Source of the DNA: an uncultured Actinomycetota bacterium
GTDB lineage: Bacteria > Actinomycetota > Actinomycetes > JAHEKZ01
Direction: 5' to 3'
NCBI GenBank assembly: GCA_963743915.1
Contig: CAVURN010000001.1
Location: 448,001 to 512,000, forward strand
Length of the DNA: 64,000 nucleotides
Shown in pieces: positions 19,875 through 32,777 of this stretch. The notes under the pieces are model-generated. The model saw only the letters and a program-made list of their open reading frames with translations. It ran no database searches and was not told the origin of the DNA. Numbering within the stretch: position 1 is the stretch's first letter; each line of letters starts with the position of its first letter. A program made the translations under genes and the position numbers.

Positions 19875-20105
19875 ATGGACGCGATGCTCTGGTGGCTCAT
19901 CCCCATCACCGCCACGCTGCTCGCGGTCGCGTGGGTCTCCTGGAACGGGCGCACGCGCCGTCCGGCCGATCCCCACGACACGTTGGCCGCCCACCGGCGA
20001 TTCACCGAGGCGCTGGCCAGCCCCGCCCCTGAGGTCTCGCGCACGGCAGACGCAGAGCAGACGGACGACTCCGACCCCGCGGCTGAGCGCCGTCGTTCGG
20101 CCTGA
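19875..20105 (+). CDS. Small membrane-anchored hypothetical protein
   Basis: RBS AAGGAG; MLWWLIPITATLLAVAWVSW transmembrane segment. Confidence 0.7.
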   Translation: MDAMLWWLIPITATLLAVAWVSWNGRTRRPADPHDTLAAHRRFTEALASPAPEVSRTADAEQTDDSDPAAERRRSA

Positions 20106-20111
20106 GGGCGG

Positions 20112-21167
20112 GTGAGCCGCCGGGCGCGCACGATCGCGCTCTTCGTGACCTTCGCCCTGCTCGGGGCTGCGCTCGTCGCAGGGGTGCTGCTCCCCGTCCC
20201 GTACGTACGACTGTCGCCGGGTCCGGTCTACGACGCACTGAGCGAGGTGGAGGGCGAACCGGTGGTCTCGGTGACGGGAGCCGACACCTACCCCACCAGC
20301 GGGTCGATGGGCATCACGACCGTCTACGAGAAGGGGTCGCCGGGATCGCGGCTGAGCCTCTTCGAGGCCATGCGTGGCTGGATCGCCGGCTCGGACGACG
20401 TGCTGCCGCGAGACCTGCTGTTCCCGTCGGACGCGTTCCAGGGTGACGACGCCGGGGACCAGTTCGAGCAGCAGGGCCGGCTCGAGATGGAGGAGTCCGA
20501 GCAGAACGCGGTCGTGGCTGCCCTCGAGTACACCGATCAGCCGGTGACGTTCCAGGTGCTGGTCGACGCCACTCAACCCGACACGCCTGCCGACGGCGTC
20601 CTGCGCCACGGCGATGTGGTCGTCCAGGTCGACGGTGATCCCATCACCACCTACCGCGACGTGAAGCAGGCCATGGGAGATGTGGTCCCCGGGGACGAGG
20701 TCACCGTCGTCGTGCGACGCAAGGGGGAACGTCGCGAGCTCACCATGACGACGATCCCGAACCCTGACGACGAGCAGCGGGCCTATCTGGGCGTGTCTCT
20801 TGCCCTCGGCTTCCGCAGCCCCGTCGAGGTCGACGTGGCGTTGGCGAATGTCGGGGGACCCAGTGCCGGCCTGATGTTCAGCCTCGCCATCGTCGACACC
20901 CTCACGCCCGGGGCCCTCACCGGGGGTGCCTCGGTTGCGGGGACCGGGACCATCAGCCCGCGAGGTGACGTCGGTCCCATCGGTGGGATCGTGCAGAAGA
21001 TGTACGGCGCCAGGGCCGACGGGGCCACGCTCTTCCTCGCGCCGCGGTCGAACTGCCGCGAGGTCGTCGGCAACGAGCCGGAGGGCCTCACCGTCGCTGC
21101 CGTGGGCACGCTGGACGACGCCGTCGGCGTGCTCGAGGGGGAGTCGGCGCCTCAGCCCTGCACGTGA
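20112..21167 (+). CDS. PDZ and Lon-protease-domain membrane protein (YlbL family)
   Basis: PVPYVRLSPGP, PDZ region, VGGPSAGLMFSL, GTGTI...GPIGGIVQK. Confidence 0.9.
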   Translation: MSRRARTIALFVTFALLGAALVAGVLLPVPYVRLSPGPVYDALSEVEGEPVVSVTGADTYPTSGSMGITTVYEKGSPGSRLSLFEAMRGWIAGSDDVLPRDLLFPSDAFQGDDAGDQFEQQGRLEMEESEQNAVVAALEYTDQPVTFQVLVDATQPDTPADGVLRHGDVVVQVDGDPITTYRDVKQAMGDVVPGDEVTVVVRRKGERRELTMTTIPNPDDEQRAYLGVSLALGFRSPVEVDVALANVGGPSAGLMFSLAIVDTLTPGALTGGASVAGTGTISPRGDVGPIGGIVQKMYGARADGATLFLAPRSNCREVVGNEPEGLTVAAVGTLDDAVGVLEGESAPQPCT

Positions 21168-21191
21168 GGGGCACCGGTGGTCGACACCGGC

Positions 21192-21716
21192 TCAGGCGTC
21201 ACTGGTGAGCGTGTGCAGGAGCAGGTCCCCGAGCCCACTGACCAGCTCTTCGCCGACGACCACCGACTCTGGACTGTCGTGCTCGCGCAGGCGCAGGACG
21301 GTGCACCGCTCACCACTGCGCAGCACCGCCATGGTCACGCGCAGCTCGTGACGACGTGGATGGCCAGCCGCCTCGATCCGGGCCAGGCTCGGGTCGTGGG
21401 GAAGGTCGCCCGCCGCGCCGGGGGACACCATGACGCGCTCGGCGCTCACGGCCACCCCCTCCACGCTTGCGGGCCACGTCAAACCTCGGAGGAGCTCGTC
21501 GAGGTCGGCGTGGGGAGGCAGCTGCTCCTGCTCGATCGTGGTCCACGCCGCCGAGTCGACCTCGCTTCCGAGCTGGGCTCTCAGCGCGGGCTCTCGGGTG
21601 ATGAGCAGCTGGGTGTCGGCGACGGCGAACAGCCGGGTCGGCTGGTCCCACCCGTCGGCGGACACGTAGACGTCCAGCTCGCGCACGGTCTGCTCCAGGC
21701 TGGTCACGCGGGCCAT
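21192..21716 (-). CDS. PPA1309 family protein
   Basis: GWDQPTRLFAV, LTWPASVEG, HPRRHELR...VLRSG, LVSGLGDLL. Confidence 0.8.
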   Translation of the reverse strand: MARVTSLEQTVRELDVYVSADGWDQPTRLFAVADTQLLITREPALRAQLGSEVDSAAWTTIEQEQLPPHADLDELLRGLTWPASVEGVAVSAERVMVSPGAAGDLPHDPSLARIEAAGHPRRHELRVTMAVLRSGERCTVLRLREHDSPESVVVGEELVSGLGDLLLHTLTSDA

Positions 21717-21778
21717 CGTCGCACGGGGCGTCGGTGGCCGAGGCGCGGCCGACCACCTGGCCCGGTTAGTGTGAACGG

Positions 21779-24808
<3,030 letters not shown>

Positions 24809-24824
24809 TCTGTCGGAGCACCGA

Positions 24825-24898
24825 CGCGGGGTGGAGCAGCTCGGTAGCTCGCTGGGCTCATAACCCAGAGGTCGCAGGTTCAAATCCTGCCCCCGCTA
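24825..24898 (+). tRNA. tRNA-Met (CAT), initiator type
   Basis: CGCGGGGTGGAGCAGCTCGGTAGCTCGCTGGGCTCATAACCCAG...GGTTCAAATCC; three G-C pairs in the anticodon stem. Confidence 0.97.
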
Positions 24899-24905
24899 CG
24901 CATGT

Positions 24906-24949
24906 GAAGTCCCGGGACATCGTGAACAGGTGTCCCGGGACTTCGCTTT
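24906..24949 (+). terminator. Terminator after tRNA-Met
   Basis: 14-bp perfect inverted repeat GAAGTCCCGGGACA/TGTCCCGGGACTTC followed by GCTTT. Confidence 0.85.
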
Positions 24950-25068
24950 GGGCGCGGCTGTTTTCCGCGGGACGGATCCGTTAGGACTGGTCGACCAATG
25001 ACGGATTCCTCGACCTTCCCGGAGGTTAACGATGTCGGGACATCCGGCAACGTCGCTGCCCGTGGCTC

Positions 25069-25578
25069 GTGACAGCAACCGGCGCGCGTGGGAGCCTCCA
25101 TCTCGTGGAACTCCAGCAGGGCAGATGGACGGCCGAGCTCGAGGGTGACTTCGTCGTCTTCCTGATCGGCGCGATGGTGCATGACCCCGCGCGGGCGACC
25201 GAGGCCAGTGGTCTGCTGATGGCGATGACCGAGATGCTCGACGAGCTCGAGGCTGACCCGGCCATAGGGCTGCTGGGCTACACCCGCCACGGCGAGCCCG
25301 GAAATGGCGTGCTCGTCCAGTACTGGCGCTCGTTCGACGCCCTCGAGAGCTACGCCCGCAACCCTGGCGCCCGCCACGCACCGGTCTGGCGCGCGTGGAA
25401 CCGGCTGGCATCCGACGATCGCAACGGAGCCGGCATCTGGCACGAGACCTTCAAGGTCGCTGCCGGCAACTACGAAGCGATCTACCAGAACATGCCGGTG
25501 ATCGGCCTGCAGAAGGCGGGCAGAGCGCTGACCGTGACCGAGGCCAAGGACTCCGCCAGAGCACGGATGACCACCTGA
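25069..25578 (+). CDS. DUF4188 (monooxygenase/aldoxime dehydratase-like) protein
   Basis: FVVFLIG, VQYWRSFDALE.YA, H...W..WN, GIWHETF, YEAIYQNMP..GL. Confidence 0.85.
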   Translation: MTATGARGSLHLVELQQGRWTAELEGDFVVFLIGAMVHDPARATEASGLLMAMTEMLDELEADPAIGLLGYTRHGEPGNGVLVQYWRSFDALESYARNPGARHAPVWRAWNRLASDDRNGAGIWHETFKVAAGNYEAIYQNMPVIGLQKAGRALTVTEAKDSARARMTT

Positions 25579-25721
25579 TAGGCTGCTGACATCAGCTCGT
25601 TGAATTCTTGCCGCGAGTTGTCCGCACGTCGTAGCGCCTGACATCCGCTCCGTGCGTAGCCGCCTCGAGCCTTTCGGGTTTCCGGCTGTCGGTGAGATAC
25701 CGCACAGATAGCGATATTGAC

Positions 25722-27131
25722 TTGTCCTCCTTCTCTGATGTCGGCGTGTCCGCACGCCTGACGGGTGTCCTGTCCGAACTCGGCATCGACACCCCCACAC
25801 CTATCCAGGCCGCCACGTTGCCCGACGCCCTTGCCGGGCGCGACGTGCTCGGCCGTGGCCGCACAGGTTCCGGCAAGACCTTTGCCTTCCTGCTTCCACT
25901 GGTCACCCGGCTGTCCGACGGCACGGCGGCTCGTCCGAAGGCACCCCGAGCACTCATCCTGGCGCCCACGCGAGAGCTGGTCAGTCAGATCGACCAGGCC
26001 CTCGCACCGCTGGCGCAAGCAGCCGGCCTGACGTCGCGCACGATCATCGGAGGCGTCGGCCAGAACCCGCAGGTGGCCGCGCTCCGCCGAGGTGTCGACA
26101 TCCTCGTGGCGACCCCCGGGCGACTCGAGGACCTCATCGGGCAGGGGCACTGCAGCCTGGCCGCCATCGAGGTCACCGTCCTCGACGAGGCGGACCATAT
26201 GGCCGACCTGGGGTTCCTGCCCGCGGTACGCCGGCTGCTCGCGCAGACCCCCCGCGGGGGACAGCGTCTCCTCTTCTCGGCCACGCTCGACCGGGCGATC
26301 GACTCGCTCGTGCGGCAGTTCCTGGTCGACCCGGTCACGCACGAGGCCGACTCCGCGCAGTCACCGGTCAGCGCGATGTCACACCACGTGCTGCATGTGG
26401 ACCGCGAACACCGACTCCCCATCCTGGTCGACCTGACCAGTGCGCCCGGTCGCACCGTCGTGTTCACGCGCACCAAGCGCGGCGCCAAGACGCTGGCCCG
26501 CCAGTTCAACAACAGTGGCGTCCCCGCGGTCGAGCTCCACGGAAACCTTGCCCAGAACGCGCGCACCCGCAACCTCGACGCGTTTCACGATGGTCGAGCG
26601 TCGGTGCTGGTCGCGACCGACATCGCCGCCCGGGGAATTCACGTCGACGACGTGGCGCTGGTCGTTCACGCCGACCCTCCGGCTGAGCACAAGGCATACC
26701 TGCACCGCTCCGGGCGTACCGCTCGCGCGGGAAATGCCGGCACGGTCGTCACCATCATGACGAGTGATCAGGCGCATGACGTCCGCCTCCTCACCCGGGC
26801 GGCGGGCATCACACCGAAGACGACCCGGATCCAGGGTCCAGCCCACCCGGTACTGGTCGAGCTGGCTCCAGGCGAGCGGGTGCTCTCCGGCCCCGTCCAG
26901 GGCGTCGCGTCGGCGGACCCGGTGTCGCGCCAGGGGAACTCCGCGAATGGGCACCACCACAGCCGCCGACGGAGCCCGCAGCGCTCGGGTGGCTCGGCCG
27001 CGGGTTCCCCGAAGTCGCCGCGAGGGTCAGGGCAGAAGGTCGCACCCCGGACAGCCTCCCGCCGTGCCCCTGGGCGCCCCGGCTCCCAGAACGTCCGGAG
27101 TGCAGCGGCGTTCAGCTCCGGCCGCCGCTAG
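25722..27131 (+). CDS. DEAD/DEAH-box RNA helicase
   Basis: Q motif PTPIQ, GRTGSGKT, PTREL, DEAD, SAT, HRSGRTAR and a basic tail. TTG start is inferred. Confidence 0.93.
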   Translation: MSSFSDVGVSARLTGVLSELGIDTPTPIQAATLPDALAGRDVLGRGRTGSGKTFAFLLPLVTRLSDGTAARPKAPRALILAPTRELVSQIDQALAPLAQAAGLTSRTIIGGVGQNPQVAALRRGVDILVATPGRLEDLIGQGHCSLAAIEVTVLDEADHMADLGFLPAVRRLLAQTPRGGQRLLFSATLDRAIDSLVRQFLVDPVTHEADSAQSPVSAMSHHVLHVDREHRLPILVDLTSAPGRTVVFTRTKRGAKTLARQFNNSGVPAVELHGNLAQNARTRNLDAFHDGRASVLVATDIAARGIHVDDVALVVHADPPAEHKAYLHRSGRTARAGNAGTVVTIMTSDQAHDVRLLTRAAGITPKTTRIQGPAHPVLVELAPGERVLSGPVQGVASADPVSRQGNSANGHHHSRRRSPQRSGGSAAGSPKSPRGSGQKVAPRTASRRAPGRPGSQNVRSAAAFSSGRR

Positions 27132-27143
27132 GACTCCCTGGAC

Positions 27144-28214
27144 TCACGGCCGGAACCGCGTGGTGACGGCCCGCCACAGGACCTCACCGCGGTCGTGGCT
27201 GCCCAATCTCCGGGTGACGTACGCGGCGCCGTAGTGGGCGGCCGGTTCGGTCCACGCGGAGCAGCCGCCGGCACCTCCCATGCCCACCTCAAGGCGCCCA
27301 TCTTCCTCGGCAATCTGGAAGCCGAGCGTCCAAGTGACGGTGCGGTCGAGCACCAGATCGCGCCCCGTGGCTGCGGGCTCGATGAAGGCACGCCAGAGGT
27401 CGTGGCCCAGGCGCGTGGCGACCCAGCCATCGGGCCTGCGCACGTCGTCGTAGAAGGACGCCAAGGCAAGAGCACTGGCGTGCAGCGTCACGGCCGGAAA
27501 GGGCGTGCGCCGGAATCGTTCAGAGTTCAACGTGTCCGGCTCGAGCAACCCGACCGGACGTCCGAGTGCCGGGCCCCATCTGGGATCGTCCAGGTAGCCA
27601 GGCTTCCACTCGCCCGTCGGCTCGACCAGCGTCGCCACCCGGGCCAGGTCGGGCGTCTCCAATCGGAGGTGCAGATCCCATCCGGCAGTCCCGGCGATGG
27701 CGGCGAATCGCTCATGCAAAGGTTCCCCCGTCGTGCGCCTGACCACCTCGTCCAGCAGGTGTCCGTACGTCAGGGCGTGCTCGGCGACACCGGCGCCGGG
27801 GGAGTGGACGGGCGCGGCCATCGTCAAGAGCTCGACGAGCGTGTCGCGGTCGTCGTACGCCACGTGCAGCGCTTCCTCCGGAAACGTCGGCAGACCAGCT
27901 TGGTGAGAAAGCAGGTGACGAACCGTCGTGCTCTCCTTCCCATGGGCTCCGTATGCCGGCCAGAACGAGGTCACGCGGGTGTCGAGATCGAGCGCACCCT
28001 CGGCGACGGCGTCCAGGACGGTCAGGGCGGCGAAGGGCTTGGCCACCGAGAAAGTCATGACCAAGGTGTCCGAGGTCCAGGGGGACGACCCGTCTCGGGT
28101 CCCGCCGGAGTGGTCGACCTCGACGACCCCGTTGTGCACGACCGCCACGCCGGCACCCGGTTCCTGGCCGGAAGCGACCAGCTGGTCGAGCGCCTCGCGG
28201 GGGTCGATGCTCAC
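27144..28214 (-). CDS. Serine hydrolase (beta-lactamase/esterase family)
   Basis: FSVAK (SxxK) motif, LLSHQAGL, GMGGAGG. Confidence 0.85.
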   Translation of the reverse strand: MSIDPREALDQLVASGQEPGAGVAVVHNGVVEVDHSGGTRDGSSPWTSDTLVMTFSVAKPFAALTVLDAVAEGALDLDTRVTSFWPAYGAHGKESTTVRHLLSHQAGLPTFPEEALHVAYDDRDTLVELLTMAAPVHSPGAGVAEHALTYGHLLDEVVRRTTGEPLHERFAAIAGTAGWDLHLRLETPDLARVATLVEPTGEWKPGYLDDPRWGPALGRPVGLLEPDTLNSERFRRTPFPAVTLHASALALASFYDDVRRPDGWVATRLGHDLWRAFIEPAATGRDLVLDRTVTWTLGFQIAEEDGRLEVGMGGAGGCSAWTEPAAHYGAAYVTRRLGSHDRGEVLWRAVTTRFRP

Positions 28215-28258
28215 GGCGGACCACGCTACGCCCCTGCGCCGCGTGTCGGGGGTCCACG

Positions 28259-29056
28259 TCAGACGAGTCCGTCGAAGAGATCAGTCAGCATCGATGCGCC
28301 GAGCTCGTGCTCGGGCGCCGCTATCGCGTACCACTCCCGCCGGACTCGCCGTTCCCACTGCTCGCTGTTGGTCGGGTCGTCGGACATGACGTGCAGCTGG
28401 CTCTTGTGCTCGCGAAGGCCGGCGACGATGCGACTGGTGACTTCACGACAGTCGACGGTGATCCGGATCTCGTTGTCGGGAATGCCGCGCATGTGGTAAG
28501 TCTGCGTCGGGTCGAAGGTGTAGAGCCCGAGGTCAGCCCGCTGGCGGTTCCACCGTTCGAACACGGACTGGGGAACCGCTCCGTGCGCCAGACGCTGGAA
28601 CCCAGAACCGTTCCTGGAGTGCAGACGAGCAAACGCCTCATCGGTCGCGGCACCGATCGCGATGTGGTCCGGATGCCCGAAGATGCCGTCGGGGCCGAAG
28701 GTCACGACGACAGCGGGGTCCTCCTCCTCGAGGACCCCCGCCACTGCCTCGACGAGCTCTTCGAAGGGAACATCCGCGACCTCGCCGTCGGGCAGGCCTA
28801 GCCACTCGTGACGATCCGGGACGCGACCGAGGGCTCGCCAGGCAGCTTCGTCCTCGGCCCGGCGGATGGACGCGAGGGTCTGTCGAGTCGCCGGGAACCC
28901 CTCGCGGATGTCCCCCTGCTCGCCGAACGTGGCGTGAACCAGAACGAACCGGAAGTCGGGATCATCGGCGTGCAGCGCGACGCTGCCGGCGGCTCCGTAC
29001 GCATCATCGTCCGGATGCGCGAAGACGCAGGCAAGGGTGCGGTTGCTACCGGTCAT
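28259..29056 (-). CDS. PIG-L family deacetylase (MshB/Mca-like)
   Basis: VFAHPDDD, AT.GEQG, VVVTFGPDG..GHPDH, H.SQ. Confidence 0.88.
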   Translation of the reverse strand: MTGSNRTLACVFAHPDDDAYGAAGSVALHADDPDFRFVLVHATFGEQGDIREGFPATRQTLASIRRAEDEAAWRALGRVPDRHEWLGLPDGEVADVPFEELVEAVAGVLEEEDPAVVVTFGPDGIFGHPDHIAIGAATDEAFARLHSRNGSGFQRLAHGAVPQSVFERWNRQRADLGLYTFDPTQTYHMRGIPDNEIRITVDCREVTSRIVAGLREHKSQLHVMSDDPTNSEQWERRVRREWYAIAAPEHELGASMLTDLFDGLV

Positions 29057-30245
29057 GGATGCCGCTGAGGGTTTCGACAAGTGCGGTGACGTCGCTGCTG
29101 TCGTTGTAGTGATGCAGCGAGACACGGATCCCACCACCGCGAGAACTGACGACGACTCCGGCCTCGGCGAGGAGTCGCTGCACCTCGACGGCATCGTGTG
29201 TGGGGTGCCGAAGCGAGACGATGTGGCTGGTGGCGGCGGGGGAGTCCAGCGGGCGGAAGGGCGTCCAACCCAGACGCACGACGCGGCGAACGAGCTCTTG
29301 TGCCAGCTCATCGGCGTGCTCGGCGATCGCGGTCATCCCGATCCGGGTCAGGAGGGCGAGGGACTCCGAGAGGCTGATCGCCGACCCGTAAGCCATCGTC
29401 GACAGCTCAAACCGTCGGGCGTCGGGGGCCAGTGACAGCCGGTCAGGGTGGAAGTCGAAGGGGTCTGCCGCACCCTTCCAACCGACGAGGTGCGGCGTCT
29501 CTTCGACCAGCTTCTCGTTCACGGCCAGCAGGGCCACTCCGCCATGCGCGGACAACCATTTGTAGCCACTGCACACCACAGCGTCGACACCCCAGTCGCG
29601 CATACTCATAGGTGCCGCCCCCGCCAGCTGCGTGACATCCACGATCACCTTCGCGCCGACCTTGCGCGATCGTCGGACGATCGCGTGGACGTCGATGAGC
29701 GAACCGGTCGCGTACTGGACGGCACCGATACAGACCGTCGATGTGTCTTCCTGGATCGCTTCGATGAGCGCCTCGGTGATGTCCTGCGACGGCCGGTCCT
29801 CGACCCACCTGATCCGGGTGCCCATCCGCTGTTGGGCACCCAGCCAGGGGAAGGTGACACTCGGGAAGTCGGTACGGATCAGGACGACCGCACCAGGGCG
29901 CGACGCCTGGATGGCAGCCAGCTGCCCAAGTGCCTCGCTTGCACCGCCCACCACTGCGATCGATGCCGTCGGGGCGTCGAGGAAGGAGGCCGCTGACGCG
30001 CGCAGCTCGTCGAGGATCCTCGCCTCCTGCGCGTCGGAAAGAACCAGGTTGCCGAGTTGGGCGACATCGACGACGAAGCGGACCATTGCGTCGGTCGATG
30101 CCTGCGGAACAATGCCCAACGACGCCTGATTGAGGTAGAGGCAGCTCTGCAGGGCTGCGAACGTCTCGCGTGGCACCAGCGAGCTCAAGATCACGGGGCT
30201 CACCTCCGCGGTCAGCTGCACGTCCCGAGAAGCGGCAGCGGTCAT
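29046..30245 (-). CDS. Class V PLP-dependent aminotransferase / cysteine desulfurase-C-S lyase-like protein
   Basis: YLNQASLG, VDVTQLAG, SGYKWL, IRVSLHHYN. Confidence 0.87.
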   Translation of the reverse strand: MTAAASRDVQLTAEVSPVILSSLVPRETFAALQSCLYLNQASLGIVPQASTDAMVRFVVDVAQLGNLVLSDAQEARILDELRASAASFLDAPTASIAVVGGASEALGQLAAIQASRPGAVVLIRTDFPSVTFPWLGAQQRMGTRIRWVEDRPSQDITEALIEAIQEDTSTVCIGAVQYATGSLIDVHAIVRRSRKVGAKVIVDVTQLAGAAPMSMRDWGVDAVVCSGYKWLSAHGGVALLAVNEKLVEETPHLVGWKGAADPFDFHPDRLSLAPDARRFELSTMAYGSAISLSESLALLTRIGMTAIAEHADELAQELVRRVVRLGWTPFRPLDSPAATSHIVSLRHPTHDAVEVQRLLAEAGVVVSSRGGGIRVSLHHYNDSSDVTALVETLSGIHDR

Positions 30246-30268
30246 TCGGTAGGGGTCATCGCACGCTG

Positions 30269-31840
30269 TCAGGGTGCATCCAGAAACGCGTTCACCTCCG
30301 TCAGGAACACCTGCCAGGCGGGTTCGTCGGCGAGGAGGATGTGGTTGTCGCTCTCCAGGGTGACGAAGCGACTGTTCGGGATGAGGGACGCCAGCAGCTT
30401 CCCCTCCGCGAAGGGAGGTCGCTGATCGTGGCGCGCGTGGAGCACCAGGGTCGGCGCGCGCACCTGGGGCGCTGTGTCGGTCACGTCGATGTGTCCGGAC
30501 ACGTCCATCAACCTGGCGGCATTCTCGGGAGTCGTCGTCAGCCGCTGCAGCTCGTTGAAGGCATCCCAGAGGTCACGCGACGCGGACGGCATGAACTGAG
30601 CGCTGAAGACCTGGCGGAAGACGGGAGTGTCGTGTCCCCAGCCCACGCGCGCAAGCTGGAGGTGCGTTCGGAATATCTCACGCTGCTCCTCTGTGTCAGC
30701 GGCCACGGCACGACCACGTGCAAAGGAGCCGTACAGGACAATGCGGCGAACGCGCTCCGGGTGCCTCGCCGCATAGGCAACGGCGACCGCCGCTCCTTGG
30801 GAGATGCCGAGCAGGTCGACGATCCCGTGTCCGGTGGCGTCGACGACTGCCTCGAGATCATGCACCCATGTCTCGAAGGTGGCGTTCTCCTCGGGGAGCT
30901 CCCAGTCGGACAGGCCGCATCCACGCTCGTCGTAGCGGACGAGCTGACGCCCCCGCGACAGGTCGGTGAGCCAGTGATGCCACACCGGGCTGTGCCAGTC
31001 GTGGTCCAGGTGCGTCAACCAGTTGGCGGCTTTGACCAATGGCGGGCCGTCCCCGGTGATGGCGTAGGCGATGCGCACGTCATCCGACGTGAGGCAGAAG
31101 TGGATGCGTTGGCGCATGCGCATCTCTTCCACCGGCACGACCGGCGCCTTCTCGCGGATGGCTGCGAGTACCGTGTCACGCATCCGTCGAGCCGCCACCC
31201 CCGGCTCGATGTCGAGCTCGCGTCGGAGTGCGGCCTCCATCCGTTCGAACTGCGCCAAGGCCGCGGCGCGATCTCCGTCGGCGACATGCTGCTCCATGAG
31301 CGAGAGGTAAGCGTCCTCGTCGGTCGGGTCCAGAGCGAGCAGGTCCTCCCACTGTCCGGCTTGTCGCAGCAGTCGGTCCCGGAGCAGCAGGAGCCGCTCG
31401 CGCAGCGGAGCGGCCCAGGGTGCGTAGAGGTCCTGCTGGAGCGGTTCGGCCGGCAGCTCGTCGACCACGGTCGATGCTTCGAGGGGATCGCCGGAGGCCA
31501 GGGCGTCTTCGGCGCGGTCTTCCCAATCCGACGCGTCGACCACGATCTCGCGCTCGGGGAAGAGGGACACCAGCTCGTCGCGAAGCACCACGGCGTCGGA
31601 GATGCCGATCGTGCGTCGCGCGTAGTGGGCAGCCTTGTGCAGGCGGGGCGCCGCATCCTCGATGGAGAGTTCGGGCCACAGGCGGTCGATCACCTGATCA
31701 CGGTGCAGGCGGTGCTCCGGGGTGATGGCGAGGACCTTGACCAGCGAAGCCGCGTCCCGCCGCCGCCACTGCGCTCCGGAGACCGACCGTCCGTCCACCG
31801 TGACGCTCAGCGGTTCAAGTACACCAATTGTCACAATCAC
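30269..31840 (-). CDS. SARP/BTAD-like regulator fused to an alpha/beta hydrolase domain
   Basis: N-terminal RRDAASLVKVLA..HRDQVIDRLWP and BTAD-like region; C-terminal KAANWLTHL, RYDERGCGLS, GISQG, NHILL. Confidence 0.82.
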   Translation of the reverse strand: MIVTIGVLEPLSVTVDGRSVSGAQWRRRDAASLVKVLAITPEHRLHRDQVIDRLWPELSIEDAAPRLHKAAHYARRTIGISDAVVLRDELVSLFPEREIVVDASDWEDRAEDALASGDPLEASTVVDELPAEPLQQDLYAPWAAPLRERLLLLRDRLLRQAGQWEDLLALDPTDEDAYLSLMEQHVADGDRAAALAQFERMEAALRRELDIEPGVAARRMRDTVLAAIREKAPVVPVEEMRMRQRIHFCLTSDDVRIAYAITGDGPPLVKAANWLTHLDHDWHSPVWHHWLTDLSRGRQLVRYDERGCGLSDWELPEENATFETWVHDLEAVVDATGHGIVDLLGISQGAAVAVAYAARHPERVRRIVLYGSFARGRAVAADTEEQREIFRTHLQLARVGWGHDTPVFRQVFSAQFMPSASRDLWDAFNELQRLTTTPENAARLMDVSGHIDVTDTAPQVRAPTLVLHARHDQRPPFAEGKLLASLIPNSRFVTLESDNHILLADEPAWQVFLTEVNAFLDAP

Positions 31841-31907
31841 GTGGCCTCCCGACAGCCATGATCCTGGAAGCGGTCCGCCGATTCCAGGAAGGCGGAGGGT
31901 ACGAAGG

Positions 31908-32777
31908 TCATCGTTCGCGCTGCTCCGGACGCCAGAGGTGCCTGGGGCTCCAGCCGAGCAGCTGCTGAGCGCCGGTGGAGTCCACAAGCGCGGCGAAAGG
32001 CCAGTGGTCGTACAGCTGAGGATTCCGGACAGGGACGTCCGGCGTGAGCCGGCGGGCCAACGTGATGCTGTCGTCGCGAGCGGAGCTGATGTCCGGTGCG
32101 CAGACCAGCAGGCGGTGGTGCCCCGTCAGATCAGCGGTGAGGGCGCAGAACACGGCATCGGCGAGGTCCCTCACGTCGATGAAGGCGCCGTACTCCCAGA
32201 AAGGTGACCATTCGAACTCGGGATTGGAGGCTCGCGCGTCGGTGATGAACGCGTAGGTGGAATCGTCGAAGACGCCGGGCGGGCGGAGGCACACGGTGGG
32301 GATGTCCGCAGTCCGTGTCAGCTGCTCGCACAGGTTCTCGCCGTCCAGCTTGGACTCCGCGTACGCGCCCCTCGGATGGGTGGGGTGCCGGTCGTCGATG
32401 GGGTAGTACTGGGGGAGCCCTTGACCGAGAAAGCAACCCAACACATCGACGCTGCTGAGGTGGACGACGCGGGCCCGACGAAGGCGTGCCGCAGCCAGGA
32501 CGTGGCGGGTTCCGTCGACGTTCGTGGCGAAGACCTCATCGTGCGCGACACGAGTCACAGTGGACGGCACGACCGGTTCGGACTCCTCGGATTCCTCGAC
32601 TGCCGCGAGGTGGACGATGGCGTCACATCCGGTAGCGCGTGCGCTGACGAGCTCAGCATCGAGGAGGTCGTCGCCCTCGAGCAGGTCGAGGCCGACCCAG
32701 TCGACATCGGCCTGCGTGAGGACGTGGACCACGGCTTGTCCGACGAGCCCCCGGTGACCGGTGACGAGGACCTTCAC
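31908..32777 (-). CDS. NAD-dependent epimerase/dehydratase
   Basis: VLVTGHRGLVG, IVHLAA, NVDGT, YAESK (YxxxK). Confidence 0.85.
   Translation of the reverse strand: MKVLVTGHRGLVGQAVVHVLTQADVDWVGLDLLEGDDLLDAELVSARATGCDAIVHLAAVEESEESEPVVPSTVTRVAHDEVFATNVDGTRHVLAAARLRRARVVHLSSVDVLGCFLGQGLPQYYPIDDRHPTHPRGAYAESKLDGENLCEQLTRTADIPTVCLRPPGVFDDSTYAFITDARASNPEFEWSPFWEYGAFIDVRDLADAVFCALTADLTGHHRLLVCAPDISSARDDSITLARRLTPDVPVRNPQLYDHWPFAALVDSTGAQQLLGWSPRHLWRPEQRER

Noticed and set aside
24825-25100. Prophage or ICE integrated at tRNA-Met
   Set aside because: No integrase, phage or conjugation genes, and no duplicated tRNA 3' end seen.
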